This document shows positions 9,469 through 20,941 of a DNA stretch of 64,000 nucleotides, one piece after another. The stretch's first letter is position 1. Each line of letters opens with the position of its first letter. The DNA lies in contig CAWDXA010000011.1 in assembly GCA_963806175.1 (NCBI GenBank), positions 1,170,782 through 1,234,781 of the forward strand, in the 5' to 3' direction. Origin of the DNA: an uncultured Chloroflexia bacterium. GTDB lineage: Bacteria > Chloroflexota > Limnocylindria > Limnocylindrales > CSP1-4. A program made the translations under genes and the position numbers. The notes below the pieces were generated by a model. That model worked only from the letters and a program-made list of their open reading frames with translations, did no database searches and had not been told where the DNA came from.

Positions 9469-10977
9469 TCAGCTCCCGTCACCCGGTCCGGCGGCGAGCC
9501 GTTCGCGGACGGCGCGCTGGACGAGGGCGGCATTGGCCTGGCCCTTCGTGGCCTTCATCACCTGGCCGACGAGGAACCCGATCGCCTGGTCCTTGCCGGC
9601 CCGGAAATCCGCCACGGCCGCCTCGTGCTCGGCCAGCACGCGATCGACGGCGGCCTCGAGCGCGGCGACATCGGAGATCTGGCGGTATCCGCGATCGGCG
9701 ATGATCGAGGCGGCCGACGCTCCACTTGACGCGTGCCCGGTCAGCACCTCGCGGCCGTGGGCCCGGGTGATCGATCCGTCCAGCACGGCCCGGACGATCG
9801 CCGCGAGCTGGGATGCGGCGACGGTGACCGGTTCCGCGGCGGCATTGCGCAACCGGAGGTAGTCGCCGACCACCCAGTTGGCGACCGACTTGGCGTCGAG
9901 CGAGGCGTCCGCACCGAGGGTCTCCTCGAACAGGCGCGCCGCGTCCGGGTCGGCCACCAGCAGGCTCGCGTCATAGGCGCTCAGCCCGAGCCGCTGCTGG
10001 TATCGAGCCCGGCGGGCGGACGGCAGCTCGGGCAGGCCGGCCCTGATCGCGCCGAGCCAGGCTGGATCGAGGTGGAGCGGCGGCAGGTCCGGTTCGGGGA
10101 AGTAGCGGTAGTCGTCGGACGTCTCCTTGATCCGCATCCGGTACGTCTCGCCGCGCTCCTCCGACCAGCCGCGGGTCTCCTGGACCAGCGCCTCGCCGGC
10201 GTCGAGGACGGCGGCCTGCCGCTCGATCTCGAAGTCGATCGCCCGCTCGACCGCCCGGAACGAGTTCATGTTCTTGACTTCGACCCGCGTTCCGAACGGT
10301 TCGCTGCCGCGCGGGCGGAGCGAGACGTTCGCCTCGACGCGCATCTGGCCCCGCTCCATGTCGGCGTCGGACGCGCCGATGGCGCGGAGCAGCAACTGGA
10401 GCTCCTCGGCATACCGTCGCGCCTGCTCGGCGGTCCGGATCTCCGGCTCGGTCACGATCTCCATGAGCGGCGCGCCGGACCGGTTGAAGTCGACGAGGCT
10501 GACCTTGCGTCCCGACGGATCGACACCGTGGACGAGCTTGGCGGTGTCCTCCTCGAGATGCGCCCTGGTGATGGTCACGGTGAACGGCCCGCCGGACGTG
10601 TCGAAGGTCAGCCGGCCGAGCGAGGCGAGCGGCAGCTGGTACTGGCTGATCTGGTAGCCCTTCGGCAGGTCAGGGTAGAAGTAGTTCTTGCGATCCCAGC
10701 GCGTGGCGGCAGGGGCGGTCGCGTCGATCGCCGCGCCGGCGGCCAGCACGTGCTCCACGGCCCGTGCGTTGATCGTCGGCAGGGCGCCCGGCAGCCCGAG
10801 GCAGACGGGACAGGTCCGCGTGTTGGGGGGCGCGCCGTCGTAGTCGGTCGAGCAGCCGCAGAACATCTTCGACGCCGTCTTGAGCTGGCAGTGAACCTCG
10901 ATGCCGATGACCGCCTCGTAGCGATCCAGCGGCCCGGGCACGGGCGCCGCGTCCGGCGCCGGGAGTATCGAACTCAT
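9469..10977 (-). CDS. gatB: Asp-tRNA(Asn)/Glu-tRNA(Gln) amidotransferase subunit B
   Basis: VIGIEVH; RKNYFYPDLPKGYQISQY; HLEED; DFNRSGAPLMEIV; EVKNMNSF; DYRYFPEPDLPP. Confidence 0.98.
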   Translation of the reverse strand: MSSILPAPDAAPVPGPLDRYEAVIGIEVHCQLKTASKMFCGCSTDYDGAPPNTRTCPVCLGLPGALPTINARAVEHVLAAGAAIDATAPAATRWDRKNYFYPDLPKGYQISQYQLPLASLGRLTFDTSGGPFTVTITRAHLEEDTAKLVHGVDPSGRKVSLVDFNRSGAPLMEIVTEPEIRTAEQARRYAEELQLLLRAIGASDADMERGQMRVEANVSLRPRGSEPFGTRVEVKNMNSFRAVERAIDFEIERQAAVLDAGEALVQETRGWSEERGETYRMRIKETSDDYRYFPEPDLPPLHLDPAWLGAIRAGLPELPSARRARYQQRLGLSAYDASLLVADPDAARLFEETLGADASLDAKSVANWVVGDYLRLRNAAAEPVTVAASQLAAIVRAVLDGSITRAHGREVLTGHASSGASAASIIADRGYRQISDVAALEAAVDRVLAEHEAAVADFRAGKDQAIGFLVGQVMKATKGQANAALVQRAVRERLAAGPGDGS

Positions 10978-11060
10978 GGGCGGTAGTTTCGCACACGAGC
11001 CGGTCAGGGAGGGGTTGCGACGCTACCCCGGGGAGGCTCCCGAAGCGCAACCGGCAGGTA

Positions 11061-11074
11061 TGAGAGCGCTCTCT
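11061..11074. promoter_or_regulatory. LacI-family operator 1, abutting a TTGACA hexamer
   Basis: TGAGAGCGCTCTCT, with TTGACA at 11074-11079. Confidence 0.8.
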
Positions 11075-11106
11075 TGACACTGGCTGCTACTCTCCCCGAA
11101 TGGAGC

Positions 11107-11122
11107 GTGAGAGCGCTCTCAC
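11107..11122. promoter_or_regulatory. LacI-family operator 2 (perfect 16-bp palindrome)
   Basis: GTGAGAGCGCTCTCAC directly before RBS AGGAGG; resembles the CebR/CelR box TGGGAGCGCTCCCA. Confidence 0.88.
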
Positions 11123-11141
11123 AGGAGGAGGAACCGGCAGG

Positions 11142-12194
11142 TTGAGCCAGGCGAACGCACGCGACCGCCGCATCGGTTCCACCCTGGAGGGCGTCGCCTC
11201 GCTGGCCGGCGTGTCGCGGGCGACCGTCTCGCGCGTCGTCAACGGTTCACCCCGGGTGAGCCCGGACGTCAGGCGCGAGGTCGAGGCCGCGATCGAGCAG
11301 CTGGGGTACGTCCCGAACCGCGCCGCCCGGTCGCTCGTGACCCGCCGCAGCGACTCCATCGGCCTGGTGATCACCGAGCCGACCGGGCGACTGTTCAGCG
11401 ATCCCTTCTTCCCGCGCGTCCTTCGCGGGATCAGCCTCGAGCTCACGGCGCGCGACCTCCAGCTCGTCCTGCTCATGCCGAACACGGAGTCCGAGGTTCG
11501 CCGGACGGGCGACTACCTGTCGGCCGGGCACGTCGACGGCGTGGTCCTGGTCAGCCTGCACGGCGAGGACCCCCTCCCTTCCCGCCTGTTCGAGGCCGGC
11601 ATTCCGCTGGTCCTCGTGGGTCGCCCGCCACGCGGCATCTCGGCCAGCTACGTCGACGTCGACAATCGACAGGGCGCACGGAGCGCGGTCGAGCACCTCG
11701 TCGCCGGCGGCCGCCGGGTGATCGCGACGATCACCGGGCCGTCGGACATGCCCGCCGGAACCGACCGACTTGCCGGCTACCGCGAAGCCATCGCCGAGGC
11801 CGGCCTGGACGCGGACCCGCAGCTCGAGGCCAACGGCGACTTCACCCAGGTCGGCGGCGCCGAAGCGATGACCCGGCTCCTGGCCGCGCGGCCCGACGTC
11901 GACGGCGTCTTCGCCGCCTCGGATCTGATGGCCGCCGGCGCCCTGTCCGTGCTGGCGACGACCGGACATCGCGTCCCGAGGGACATCGCGATCGTCGGGT
12001 ACGACGATTCGCCGGTCGCGACGTCCACCAATCCCCAACTGACCAGCGTCCATCAGCCCATCGAGGAGATGGGTCGCGAGGTCGCCCGCCTGCTCGTGGA
12101 AGCGGTCGAAGGCACGGACCGGGTCATACGGCGCGTGATCCTGGCCACCGACCTGGTGAAGCGCGCCTCGAGCGCCAGGAGGCCCTCGCCCTGA
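11142..12194 (+). CDS. LacI family transcriptional regulator (CelR/CebR-like)
   Basis: TLEGVASLAGVSRATVSRVVN HTH; YVPNRAARSL; IVGYDD; LTSVHQP. Start moved from 11100 to the in-frame TTG at 11142, which follows the RBS and operator. Confidence 0.93.
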   Translation: MSQANARDRRIGSTLEGVASLAGVSRATVSRVVNGSPRVSPDVRREVEAAIEQLGYVPNRAARSLVTRRSDSIGLVITEPTGRLFSDPFFPRVLRGISLELTARDLQLVLLMPNTESEVRRTGDYLSAGHVDGVVLVSLHGEDPLPSRLFEAGIPLVLVGRPPRGISASYVDVDNRQGARSAVEHLVAGGRRVIATITGPSDMPAGTDRLAGYREAIAEAGLDADPQLEANGDFTQVGGAEAMTRLLAARPDVDGVFAASDLMAAGALSVLATTGHRVPRDIAIVGYDDSPVATSTNPQLTSVHQPIEEMGREVARLLVEAVEGTDRVIRRVILATDLVKRASSARRPSP

Positions 12195-12303
12195 GCCGGC
12201 CGGCGACCGGCGGCCTCGGCCCACCCTGGGTCGGTGCCCCAACCATGGACCTCAGATGAGGTGGAGATCGAACAGATCTCGCAGAGGAGGAACCGCACAG
12301 ACC

Positions 12304-13811
12304 ATGAACGCACGAAGATCCGTCCCGAAGGCCCTGATCGGCCTGATCGGGGTCGTCGCGATCGTCGCGTCGGCATGTGGCAGCTCGACAACGTCGACGG
12401 CGCCGAGCGCAGGCGGCCAGCGAGGCACCATCCGCCGCTGCGGTGACTCCGGCGCCCTCGCCGTCGATCGTCAACATCACCCCCGCGCCCATCGCCGCCG
12501 GTCCCGGCCCGAACGGTGGCACCGTCGTTCGCTGGTTCATCGGCCTCGGCGCCGGCACCCAGCCTGCCCAGATCGGCCCGGAGCAGACGTTCATCACGAA
12601 CTTCAACAACTCGCAGAAGGACGTCTACATCCAGTACGAGATCGTCGACAACACGCAGGCGTCGAACATCCTCAAGACCGAGATCGCCGCGGGCAACGCT
12701 CCGGACATCATCGGCCCGGTCGGCGTCGAGGGCCTGAACCTGTTCCAGGATCAGCTGCTCGACCTCAAGCCACTCATCGATTCGACGGGCTACAAGGCGA
12801 CCGGTGTCGACCAGTCGCTGGTCGACTTCTTCAATTCGCTCGGCCAGAACGGCGCGACGGTCGGCCTGCCCGTTCGCCGTCTACCCCTCGTTCATCTTCT
12901 ACAACAAGGATCTCTTCGACGAGGCCGGACTCCCGACGCCGCCCACCAAGGTCGGGGACCTGTACGACGGCAAGCCGTGGGACCTCGACGCCCTGCGGAC
13001 GCTTGCCATGAAGCTCACCGTCGACAAGAACGGCAAGGACGCGACCCAGGCCGGGTTCGATCCCGACAACATCGTCCAGTGGGGCTTCGAGTCCCAGTAC
13101 ATGGACAACTACAACCTCCGCGCCGAAAGCGCGTTCTTCGGGGCCGGTGCCCTCCAGGACAGCTCGGGCAAGGCCGTCATTCCGGACTACATGGCCCAGG
13201 CGGCCAAGTGGTGGAACGACGGCGTGTGGAAGGATCACTTCATCCCGACCGCCAACCAGGTCACGAGCGACCTGCTCAGCGGCGGCAACGAATTCGGCTC
13301 CGGAAACGTGGCGATCGACGAGGGGCACACCTGGTTCACCTGCTGCGTCACCCCGGCCGCGCCCAAGAAGCCGTTCAAGTTCGGCTTCGCCGTCCAGCCC
13401 ACCGTCAACGGCAAGATCACGTCACCGCTCCATGCCGATACCTTCAGCGTCCTGAAGACCACCAAGGTCCCCGACGCCGCGTTCAAGGCGCTTCAAGCGA
13501 TCGTCGCGTCGGGCGACCTGCTGACGGCGTACGGCGCGATGCCGGCCGACCAGACCAAGCAGCAGGCGTGGTTCGACTCGATCGACGCCCAGTTCCCCGG
13601 CATGAACCTCGACTGGAACGTCGCCAAGCAGATGCTCGCCTACCCTGACATCCCCAACCACCAGTCCAACGTCCCCGACTACTCGAAGGTCCGCAGCGCC
13701 ATGCAGGCGTTCGGGAATGCCTATCGCACGACCCAGGGACTCGACATGGACGCCGAGCTCGCCAAGCTCCAGCAGACCCTGCAGGGCATCTTCGACGCCG
13801 CGACCCCGTAG
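12304..13811 (+). CDS. Carbohydrate (cellobiose/cellodextrin) ABC substrate-binding lipoprotein; frameshifted near 12410 and 12870
   Basis: RBS GAGGAGG; lipobox ASAC; three ORF pieces join into one SBP (APDIIGPVG...LPFAVYPSFIFYNKDLF...HADTF). Confidence 0.88.
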
Positions 13812-13834
13812 CGGCGGTTCGACAGGCGACCATC

Positions 13835-13867
13835 CGACCCCCTCGAGCCACCGGCCCGAGGGGGTCG
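13835..13867 (+). terminator. Stem-loop after the sugar SBP gene
   Basis: cgaccccctcg...cgagggggtcg inverted repeat. Confidence 0.6.
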
Positions 13868-13898
13868 ACATCCAACTTGCGAGGCCGCGCACCACGAG

Positions 13899-14862
13899 AT
13901 GACCAAGTCATCGATCGCCATCCCGGCACCGATCGGCAGCACCCGAGGCAGCCGCGGGCGAATGGGTCCGTCACGGCGTGAGGCCGTGTGGGGGCTCGTG
14001 TTCGTGGCCCCGTGGATCATCGGGTTCCTGCTGTTCACCATCGGGCCGCTGATCGCTTCCCTGATCTTCTCGCTGACCGACTTCGACCTCGTCCGGCCGG
14101 AGGCGGTGCGCTTCGTCGGTCTTGACAATTACGCCCGGCTCGCCGGGGACCCGCTCGTCGATCCAGGGCCTGATCGTCACGGCCCGGTTCGCGATCATCG
14201 CCATCCCCGTGACCATGGCCGCGAGTCTGGGCGTCGCGCTCCTCGTCAACAGTCCAAAGCTGTTCGGCCGGAATGTCTTCCGGACCCTGTTCTACATGCC
14301 GATCCAGATCCCCCTGGTGGCCAGCACCCTCGTCTGGATCGGGTTCCTGAACACCGAGACCGGCTGGCTCAACGGGCTGCTGGGGCTCGTCGGGATCGAC
14401 GGGCCCGACTGGCTGAACAACGCGACCTGGGTCTACCCCGCGCTGACGCTCATCGGCCTGTGGGGCATCGGCAACTTCATGCTGATCAACCTGGCCGGGC
14501 TCCAGTCGGTGCCGACGGAACTGTACGAGGCGGCCCGCATCGACGGGGCCGGACCCTGGAGCGCGTTCCGGCGGATCACGATCCCGCTGATGTCGCCGAT
14601 CCTGCTCTACAACCTCGTGATCTCGCTGATCACGACGTTCCAGTACTTCACGCAGGCGTACGTCCTGACGAACGGTCGCGGCGACCCCAACAACGCCACG
14701 TTGTTCATCAACCTCGACCTGTTCCGGGAAGCGTTCGTCAACAACCACATGGGCTACGCCTCGGCGATCGGCTGGCTGCTGTTCACGATCGTGCTGGTCA
14801 TGACCCTGGTCCTGTTCGTCATCGCCCGCAAGCGGGTCTACTACGCCGGCGGTGAGGCATGA
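13899..14862 (+). CDS. Carbohydrate ABC transporter permease (frameshift near 14160)
   Basis: PWIIGFLLFT..P; VGLDNY; LAGLQSVPTELYEAARIDGAG (EAA loop); GYASA. Confidence 0.9.
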
Positions 14863-15941
14863 CCGCCCGGGCAAACGCGCGGCTCATCCCGTTGTCGGAC
14901 CGCGGCCCGGTCGCCCGCAGCATGCGGCGGTACCTGGGCCGTGCCACGTTGACGCTCTTCGCGGTGATGCTCCTGAGCGCGTTCCTGCTGCCCCTCCTGT
15001 CGATGGTCACGCTCTCGCTCGAGCAGGCCGGCCAGCGGACCACGGCCGGGGCGCCGTTCTATCCCGCCGCGCCGGCGACCGGGACGTACCAGGGCGAGAC
15101 CTACGACATCTACAGCGTGCCGATCGACGGCGCAATGCGCGACCTGATGCTGGTCACGAAGGGCCGGACGGAGAGCACCTTCGTGGACCCCGGCGATCCG
15201 ACCCAGACGCCGATCGTCTGGCAGGGCGCGTGGCGAACGCTCCAGCAGTCCTGGACGTTCAGCCCGAACTTCGACAACTTCACGACGGCCTGGGCCCAGC
15301 TGAACTTCCCCAGGCTGCTCTTCAACACGGCCGCCGTGTCCGTGCTCAGCACGATCGGGGCGGTGCTGTCCTCGGCGCTGGTGGCCTACGGCTTCGCCCG
15401 ATTCCGGTTCCCGGGCAAGAACATACTCTTCGTGATCCTCATCGCCACGATCATCCTCCCCTTCCAGGTGACGCTCATTCCTACCTACGCCGTGTTCACC
15501 AAGCTGGGCTGGACGGGGACGTGGCTGCCGCTGATCGTCCCCCATTTCTTCGCCAACGCGTTCAACGTGTTCCTGCTGCGCCAGTACTTCCTGTCGATCC
15601 CGCGCGACCTGGACGAGGCGGCGACCATCGACGGGGCCGGTCCGTTCCGGATCCTGCGCTCGGTGATCCTGCCGCTGTCGGTGCCGGCGATCACGGCGGT
15701 CAGCCTGTTCCACTTCTTCTATTCGTGGAACGACTTCTTCCTGCCGCTGCTGTACCTGTCCGGAAAGCCCGATCTGCAGACGCTGCCGATCGCCATCCAG
15801 CAGTACAACGCCCTGTACGTCTCGCAGCCGACGCTCATCCAGGCGTCCGCGCTGATGACGATGGCGGTCCCGGTGATCGTGTTCTTCCTCGCCCAGCGGG
15901 CATTCATGCGCGGCGTCGTCGTCACCGGCGTCGAGAAGTAG
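14859..15941 (+). CDS. Carbohydrate ABC transporter permease with a large extracellular loop
   Basis: AYGFARFRFPGK; IPRDLDEAATIDGAG; WNDFF.PL. Confidence 0.93.
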   Translation: MTARANARLIPLSDRGPVARSMRRYLGRATLTLFAVMLLSAFLLPLLSMVTLSLEQAGQRTTAGAPFYPAAPATGTYQGETYDIYSVPIDGAMRDLMLVTKGRTESTFVDPGDPTQTPIVWQGAWRTLQQSWTFSPNFDNFTTAWAQLNFPRLLFNTAAVSVLSTIGAVLSSALVAYGFARFRFPGKNILFVILIATIILPFQVTLIPTYAVFTKLGWTGTWLPLIVPHFFANAFNVFLLRQYFLSIPRDLDEAATIDGAGPFRILRSVILPLSVPAITAVSLFHFFYSWNDFFLPLLYLSGKPDLQTLPIAIQQYNALYVSQPTLIQASALMTMAVPVIVFFLAQRAFMRGVVVTGVEK

Positions 15942-15950
15942 GTCCCCCTG

Positions 15951-18439
15951 ATGCGCTACGGCCAGTTCGACGACGATCGGCGCGAGTACGTCATCACCCG
16001 CCCCGACACGCCGCTGCCGTGGATCAACTACCTGGGCAGCGAGGACTACTTCGGGATCATCTCGAACACGGCCGGCGGCTACTCGTTCTACCGGGACGCG
16101 CGGCTGCGGCGGCTGACCCGGTACCGCTACAACAACGCGCCGCTCGATCTCGGCGGACGCTACCTGTATCTCCGCGACGACGACAGCGGGGCGTACTGGA
16201 GCCCTACCTGGCAGCCGACCCTCGGCGACCTCGACGACTACGAGTGCCGCCACGGCATGGGCTACACGATCATCGCCTCGCGGCACCAGGGGATCCGCGC
16301 CGAGGTCACGCTACTTCGTGCCGCCGGGCGAGACGCTCGAGATCTGGCGAGCCCGGGTCACCAACGAACGGCCGACGCCCGCCCGGCTGTCGCTGTTCGG
16401 CACGATCGAGTTCTGCCTGTGGGACGCGCAGGACGACGCCACCAACTTCCAGCGCAACTACTCGATCGGCGAGGTCGAGGTCGAGGACGGCGTCATCTAC
16501 CACACGACCGAGTACCGCGAGCGGCGCGACCATTTCGCCTACTTCGCCTGCTCCGACCGGTCGGCCGGCTTCGACACCTCGCGCGACGCCTTCCTCGGCC
16601 CGTACCGCGGCTGGGACCGGCCGATCGCCGTCGAGCGTGGCGCGACGTCAGGCTCGATCGCGCACGGCTGGCAGCCGATCGGCGCCCACCACGTCCGGCT
16701 CGAGCTGGGCCCGGGCGAGACGCGCGAGATCGACTTCGTCCTCGGCTACGCCGAGAACCCGGCGGACGCCAAGTTCGATCCGCCCGGCTCGGTCACCGTC
16801 GACAAGCGCGCGGTTCGCCCGGTCATCGCACGCCACCTCGACCCGGTCGCCGATCGACGATGCGTTCGACTGCCTGCGCCGGTCGCTGGGACGACCTGCT
16901 CGGGTCGCTCCAGGTGCGAGACCGGCAACGAGCATCTCGACCGGATGGTCAACATCTGGAACGCCTACCAGTGCATGGTCACGTTCAACCTGTCGCGCTC
17001 GGCCTCGCTGTTCGAGTCCGGGATCGGGCGCGGGATGGGCTTCCGGGACTCGACCCAGGACCTGCTCGGGTTCGTCCACATGGTGCCCGACCGGGCGCGC
17101 CAGCGGATCCTCGACATCGCCGCGACGCAGCTGCCGACCGGCGGCGCCTATCACCAGTACCAGCCGCTGACCAAGCGCGGCAATGACGCGGTCGGCTCGG
17201 GCTTCAACGACGACCCGGCCTGGCTCGTGCTCGCCGTCGCCGCCTACGTCAAGGAGACGGGCGACCTGGCCATCCTCGACGAGCCGGTGCCGTACGACAA
17301 CCAGCCCGGGCACGGAGCGGCCGCTGGACGACCACCTGACCGCGGTCGATCGACTACACGCTCGAGCGCCTCGGTCCGCACGGCCTGCCGCTGATCGGGC
17401 GCGCCGACTGGAACGACTGCCTCAACCTGAACTGCTTCTCCGACACGCCCGGCGAGTCGTTCCAGACGACCCAGAACCGCGACGGCGGTGTCGCCGAGTC
17501 GGTGTTCATCGCCGGGCTGTTCGTGCTGGCGGCCAACGAGCTGGCCACGATCGAGGAGCACCTGGGCGACCCGGCCGAGGCCGCGCCGGCTCCGCGCGGC
17601 GGGCGCCCAGATGGTGGCGGCAGTCGACGACCACGGCTGGGACGGCGAGTGGTTCCGGCGCGCCTACGACTTCTTCGGCGAGCCGATCGGCTCGGCCGCC
17701 AACGACGAGGGGCAGATCTTCATCGAGCCCCAGGGCATCTGCATCCTGGCCGGGATCGGGCTCGACGACGGCCGAGCCATCCGGGCGCTCGCGTCCGTCC
17801 GCGAGCGTCTCGCGACGGCGCACGGGATCGTCCTCCAGCAGCCGGCCTTCTCCGGGCTACCAGCTCCGGCTCGGCGAGATCTCGTCGTACCCGCCCGGCT
17901 ACAAGGAGAACGCCGGGGTCTTCTGCCACACCAACCCGTGGCTGATGATCGCCGAGGCGCTCGCCGGCAACCACGAGGGCGCCCTCGACTACTACCTGCG
18001 GATCAACCCGTCGGCGCGGGAAGACATCTCCGACGTCCACCGCTGCGAGCCGTACGTCTACGCCCAGATGATCGCCGGCCGGGACGCCCCCACCCACGGC
18101 GAGGCGAAGAACTCGTGGCTGACCGGAACCGCCGCCTGGAACTACGTCGCGGCCACCCAGTGGATCGTCGGGATCCGGCCGGAGCTCGACGGCCTGCGGA
18201 TCGACCCGCGCTTCCCGGCCGGCTGGGGGGAGATCGGCATCACGCGCCGGTTCCGCGGCGCAACGTACCGCATCGTGGTCCATCCGCCGGCCTCCACCGG
18301 TTCGGCAGGTGCGGCGGTCGGCCGGCTGGTCGTCGACGGGCAACCGGTCGACGGCAACCTCGCCCCGCTGCCCGCGGCGCCCGGGATCGACATCCACGTC
18401 GACGCGTATCTCGAGGTGCCCGCCGGGGCCCTGACCTGA
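15951..18439 (+). CDS. GH94 cellobiose phosphorylase (several apparent frameshifts)
   Basis: [29 protein letters not shown]; [12 protein letters not shown]; catalytic-loop motif ADWNDCLN; [11 protein letters not shown]; [12 protein letters not shown]; split over at least five ORF pieces. Confidence 0.9.
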
Positions 18440-18745
18440 CCCCGGCCGCGACGCCCGGCGGGTTCCTCAGCCGCGACGCCACCGCCGGTTTGCCCAGGTG
18501 CGAATCACGGACACGGTGGTTGACGAGGACGTCCGCGGCCACGACGGTCACGCAACTCCTCAGCTACGGACTGGTACGGACGAGATCTGCCCGGCGAACC
18601 GGGTCCGGCAGCCAGGTCCACGCTCAGCCGCAGGGCCGCCACGGCTCGATCGGCGGGGATGCGCCGCGTACCAGTCTGCTGGTGCGGATCTGCGTCGAGC
18701 GAGGTGCTCGGCTCGGGTGTCAACACCCTGTTCTGTGACTGCCCG

Positions 18746-19981
18746 CTAGTTCAGGCGGTTACGCTCGACGAACCGTCCGATCCGGCGGAGCGCCTCCTCG
18801 AGCCGCTCGTAGGACGTGGCGTAGCACATCCGGACGTGGCCGGCGCCGGACGGTCCGAAGGCGTCGCCCGGAACGACCGCCACGTGCTCCTCGGTCAGCA
18901 GCCGCTCGGTGAACGCCTCCGAGCTGAGCCCGGTCGAGGTGATCCGCGGGAAGGCGTAGAACGCGCCGCGCGGCTCGAACGTCTCGAGACCCATCGCGTT
19001 CAGGCCGTCGACCAGCAGGCGCCGTCGCCGGTCGTATTCCGCGACCATCCGCTCGACGTCCGGCTCGCCCTCGATCACGGCGACGAGCGCGGCATCCTGG
19101 GCCATCGTGGGCGCCGACATGATCCCGTACTGGTGGACCTTGACGATCCCCTCGAGGATCGCCGCCGGGGCCGCCACGTAGCCGACCCGCCAGCCGGTCA
19201 TCGCATAGGCCTTGGAGAAGCCGCCCATCAGGATCGTGCGCTCGCGCATGCCCGGCAGCGAGCTCATCGCCCGGTGGCGATACGTCCCGTAGGCCAGCCG
19301 GTCGTAGATCTCGTCGCTGTAGACGAGCAGGTCGTGCTCCACGACGATCCGGGCCAGTTCGTCCTGGACCTCGTCGGGCAGGACTGCCCCGGTCGGATTG
19401 CACGGGTAGCCGAGGAACAGCGCCTTCGTGCGCGGCGTGATGGCCGCTTCGACCTGCGCCGGATCCAGCGCGAAGTCGTCCTCGAACCGGGTCGCGACAT
19501 GGCGCACGACACCGCCGGCGAAGACGACCGCCGGCACATACGACACGTACGACGGCTCATGCAGGATGACCTCGTCACCCGGGTCGCAGGTCGCCCGCAG
19601 GGCCAGGTCCACGGCCTCGGAGGCGCCGACCGTGATCAGGATCTCGGTCTGTGGGTCATAGCTGACGCCGTACCGCCCGGCCAGGTGGGTCGACAGCGCG
19701 CGACGCAACTCGAGCGTCCCGAAGTTGCTCGTGTAGTGCGTCCGACCCTCGCGCAGGCTTTCGACGCCGGCCTCGACGATGATCCTTGGCGTGTCGAAGT
19801 CCGGCTCCCCCACCCCGAGGCTGATGACGTCGTCCATCGTCGCCAGGATGTCGAAGAAGCGGCGGATACCGGACGGCGGCACGTCCAGCACGCGCTGGGC
19901 GAGGGCACGTCCGGCCGGCCCCGGGTGCGGATCCGCGTGCAGGGGCGCGGGGGCGATGGCGGGACGATCGCTCGCGGTCAC
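18746..19981 (-). CDS. PLP-dependent aminotransferase class I/II
   Basis: SGIRRFFD; LGVGEPDF; PCNPTG; SDEIY; GFSKAYAMTGWRVG. Confidence 0.95.
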   Translation of the reverse strand: MTASDRPAIAPAPLHADPHPGPAGRALAQRVLDVPPSGIRRFFDILATMDDVISLGVGEPDFDTPRIIVEAGVESLREGRTHYTSNFGTLELRRALSTHLAGRYGVSYDPQTEILITVGASEAVDLALRATCDPGDEVILHEPSYVSYVPAVVFAGGVVRHVATRFEDDFALDPAQVEAAITPRTKALFLGYPCNPTGAVLPDEVQDELARIVVEHDLLVYSDEIYDRLAYGTYRHRAMSSLPGMRERTILMGGFSKAYAMTGWRVGYVAAPAAILEGIVKVHQYGIMSAPTMAQDAALVAVIEGEPDVERMVAEYDRRRRLLVDGLNAMGLETFEPRGAFYAFPRITSTGLSSEAFTERLLTEEHVAVVPGDAFGPSGAGHVRMCYATSYERLEEALRRIGRFVERNRLN

Positions 19982-20072
19982 CCGCCAAGCCTAGTGCATC
20001 CGCGTCGCGGGGCGCCCCGACGGCGGGTGGCCGTCGCGCCAGGCAGGGCGCCGGCGACGTGCGTCTCCCCGG

Positions 20073-20867
20073 TCAGGACGCGGTGATCGCGTCGACCGGC
20101 TCCAGCTCCGGGGCCGGCTCGGCCGCGTCCGGCCTGCCGCGGCGCTGCCGCGCGGCGCGCCGCGCCGCTCGCTCGACGCGCTCGCGGATTCCGAGCATCT
20201 GCCGGCGCGTCATCAGGAACACGCCGAACCCGAAGACGGGTCCGGTGACGGCCGACAGCGCCGTGCCGGCGCCGAACCATACCCGAACGCGCTCGATGAG
20301 ACGCGTCCGGCCGCCGGGGAGCGGGTCGAGGACGAACGCCCAGCTCGCGGCGAATTCCGGCGGCGTCGTGCGCATGAACGAACCCGACGCCTGCAGCCCG
20401 AGCGGGACGGTCGCCTGGCTCTCGGCGAACGCCGCGGCCTGCGCGGTCGTGATCGCCGTGTCGGTGTAGACCGCCAGCGCGCGCCCGTCGTCGACCACGC
20501 GGACCTCGAAGCCGCCACCCGGGAAGGTGGGGAGGATGTCGCCGACCTTGATCGACTGGAGCTCCGGGACGATCGCGTCGGCGCTGCGGCCCTTCATGTC
20601 GAGCTGGTCGTAGCTGTACCAGCCCGCCCGCTCGTAGCCCATCTGGACCAGCCATGGCCAGACGGCCGCGGCCGGCGCGTCGATGTCGATTCCACGCGTC
20701 TCCGTGTGCAACGGGGACGCCACGAGGTCGTCGCCGGGCAGGATCCGATCGACATCGGCGGGATCAACGCCCCAGCCTGAGCGCCAGCGGTTGAGACGTC
20801 GAACGGCGGCGACCCCCGCCGATACGATCGCTCCGAGCAGGGCGAGCCGGATCAGGGACTTGAACAT
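20073..20867 (-). CDS. SRPBCC-like protein with N-terminal membrane anchor
   Basis: RBS GGAGG; LPGDDLV; IDAPAAAVWPWLVQMG..RAGWYSYD; SWAFVL; MLGIRERVE. Confidence 0.75.
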   Translation of the reverse strand: MFKSLIRLALLGAIVSAGVAAVRRLNRWRSGWGVDPADVDRILPGDDLVASPLHTETRGIDIDAPAAAVWPWLVQMGYERAGWYSYDQLDMKGRSADAIVPELQSIKVGDILPTFPGGGFEVRVVDDGRALAVYTDTAITTAQAAAFAESQATVPLGLQASGSFMRTTPPEFAASWAFVLDPLPGGRTRLIERVRVWFGAGTALSAVTGPVFGFGVFLMTRRQMLGIRERVERAARRAARQRRGRPDAAEPAPELEPVDAITAS

Positions 20868-20941
20868 CCATCACCTCCAGGAGAGACATCGTCGACCGCG
20901 CGGTCCGGTCGAGGCAAGGGCCGGACGGACCAAAGGCGCCG

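Noticed and set aside
15951-18439. GH94 (and ligA, metG, dppB) as pseudogenes or programmed-frameshift genes
   Set aside because: Motifs are intact, no slippery heptamers were seen, and essential genes are hit too; sequencing error is the simpler explanation.
18440-18745. About 300 bp between GH94 and the aminotransferase with short ORFs on both strands
   Set aside because: No recognisable motif, RBS or RNA structure; cannot support a gene call.
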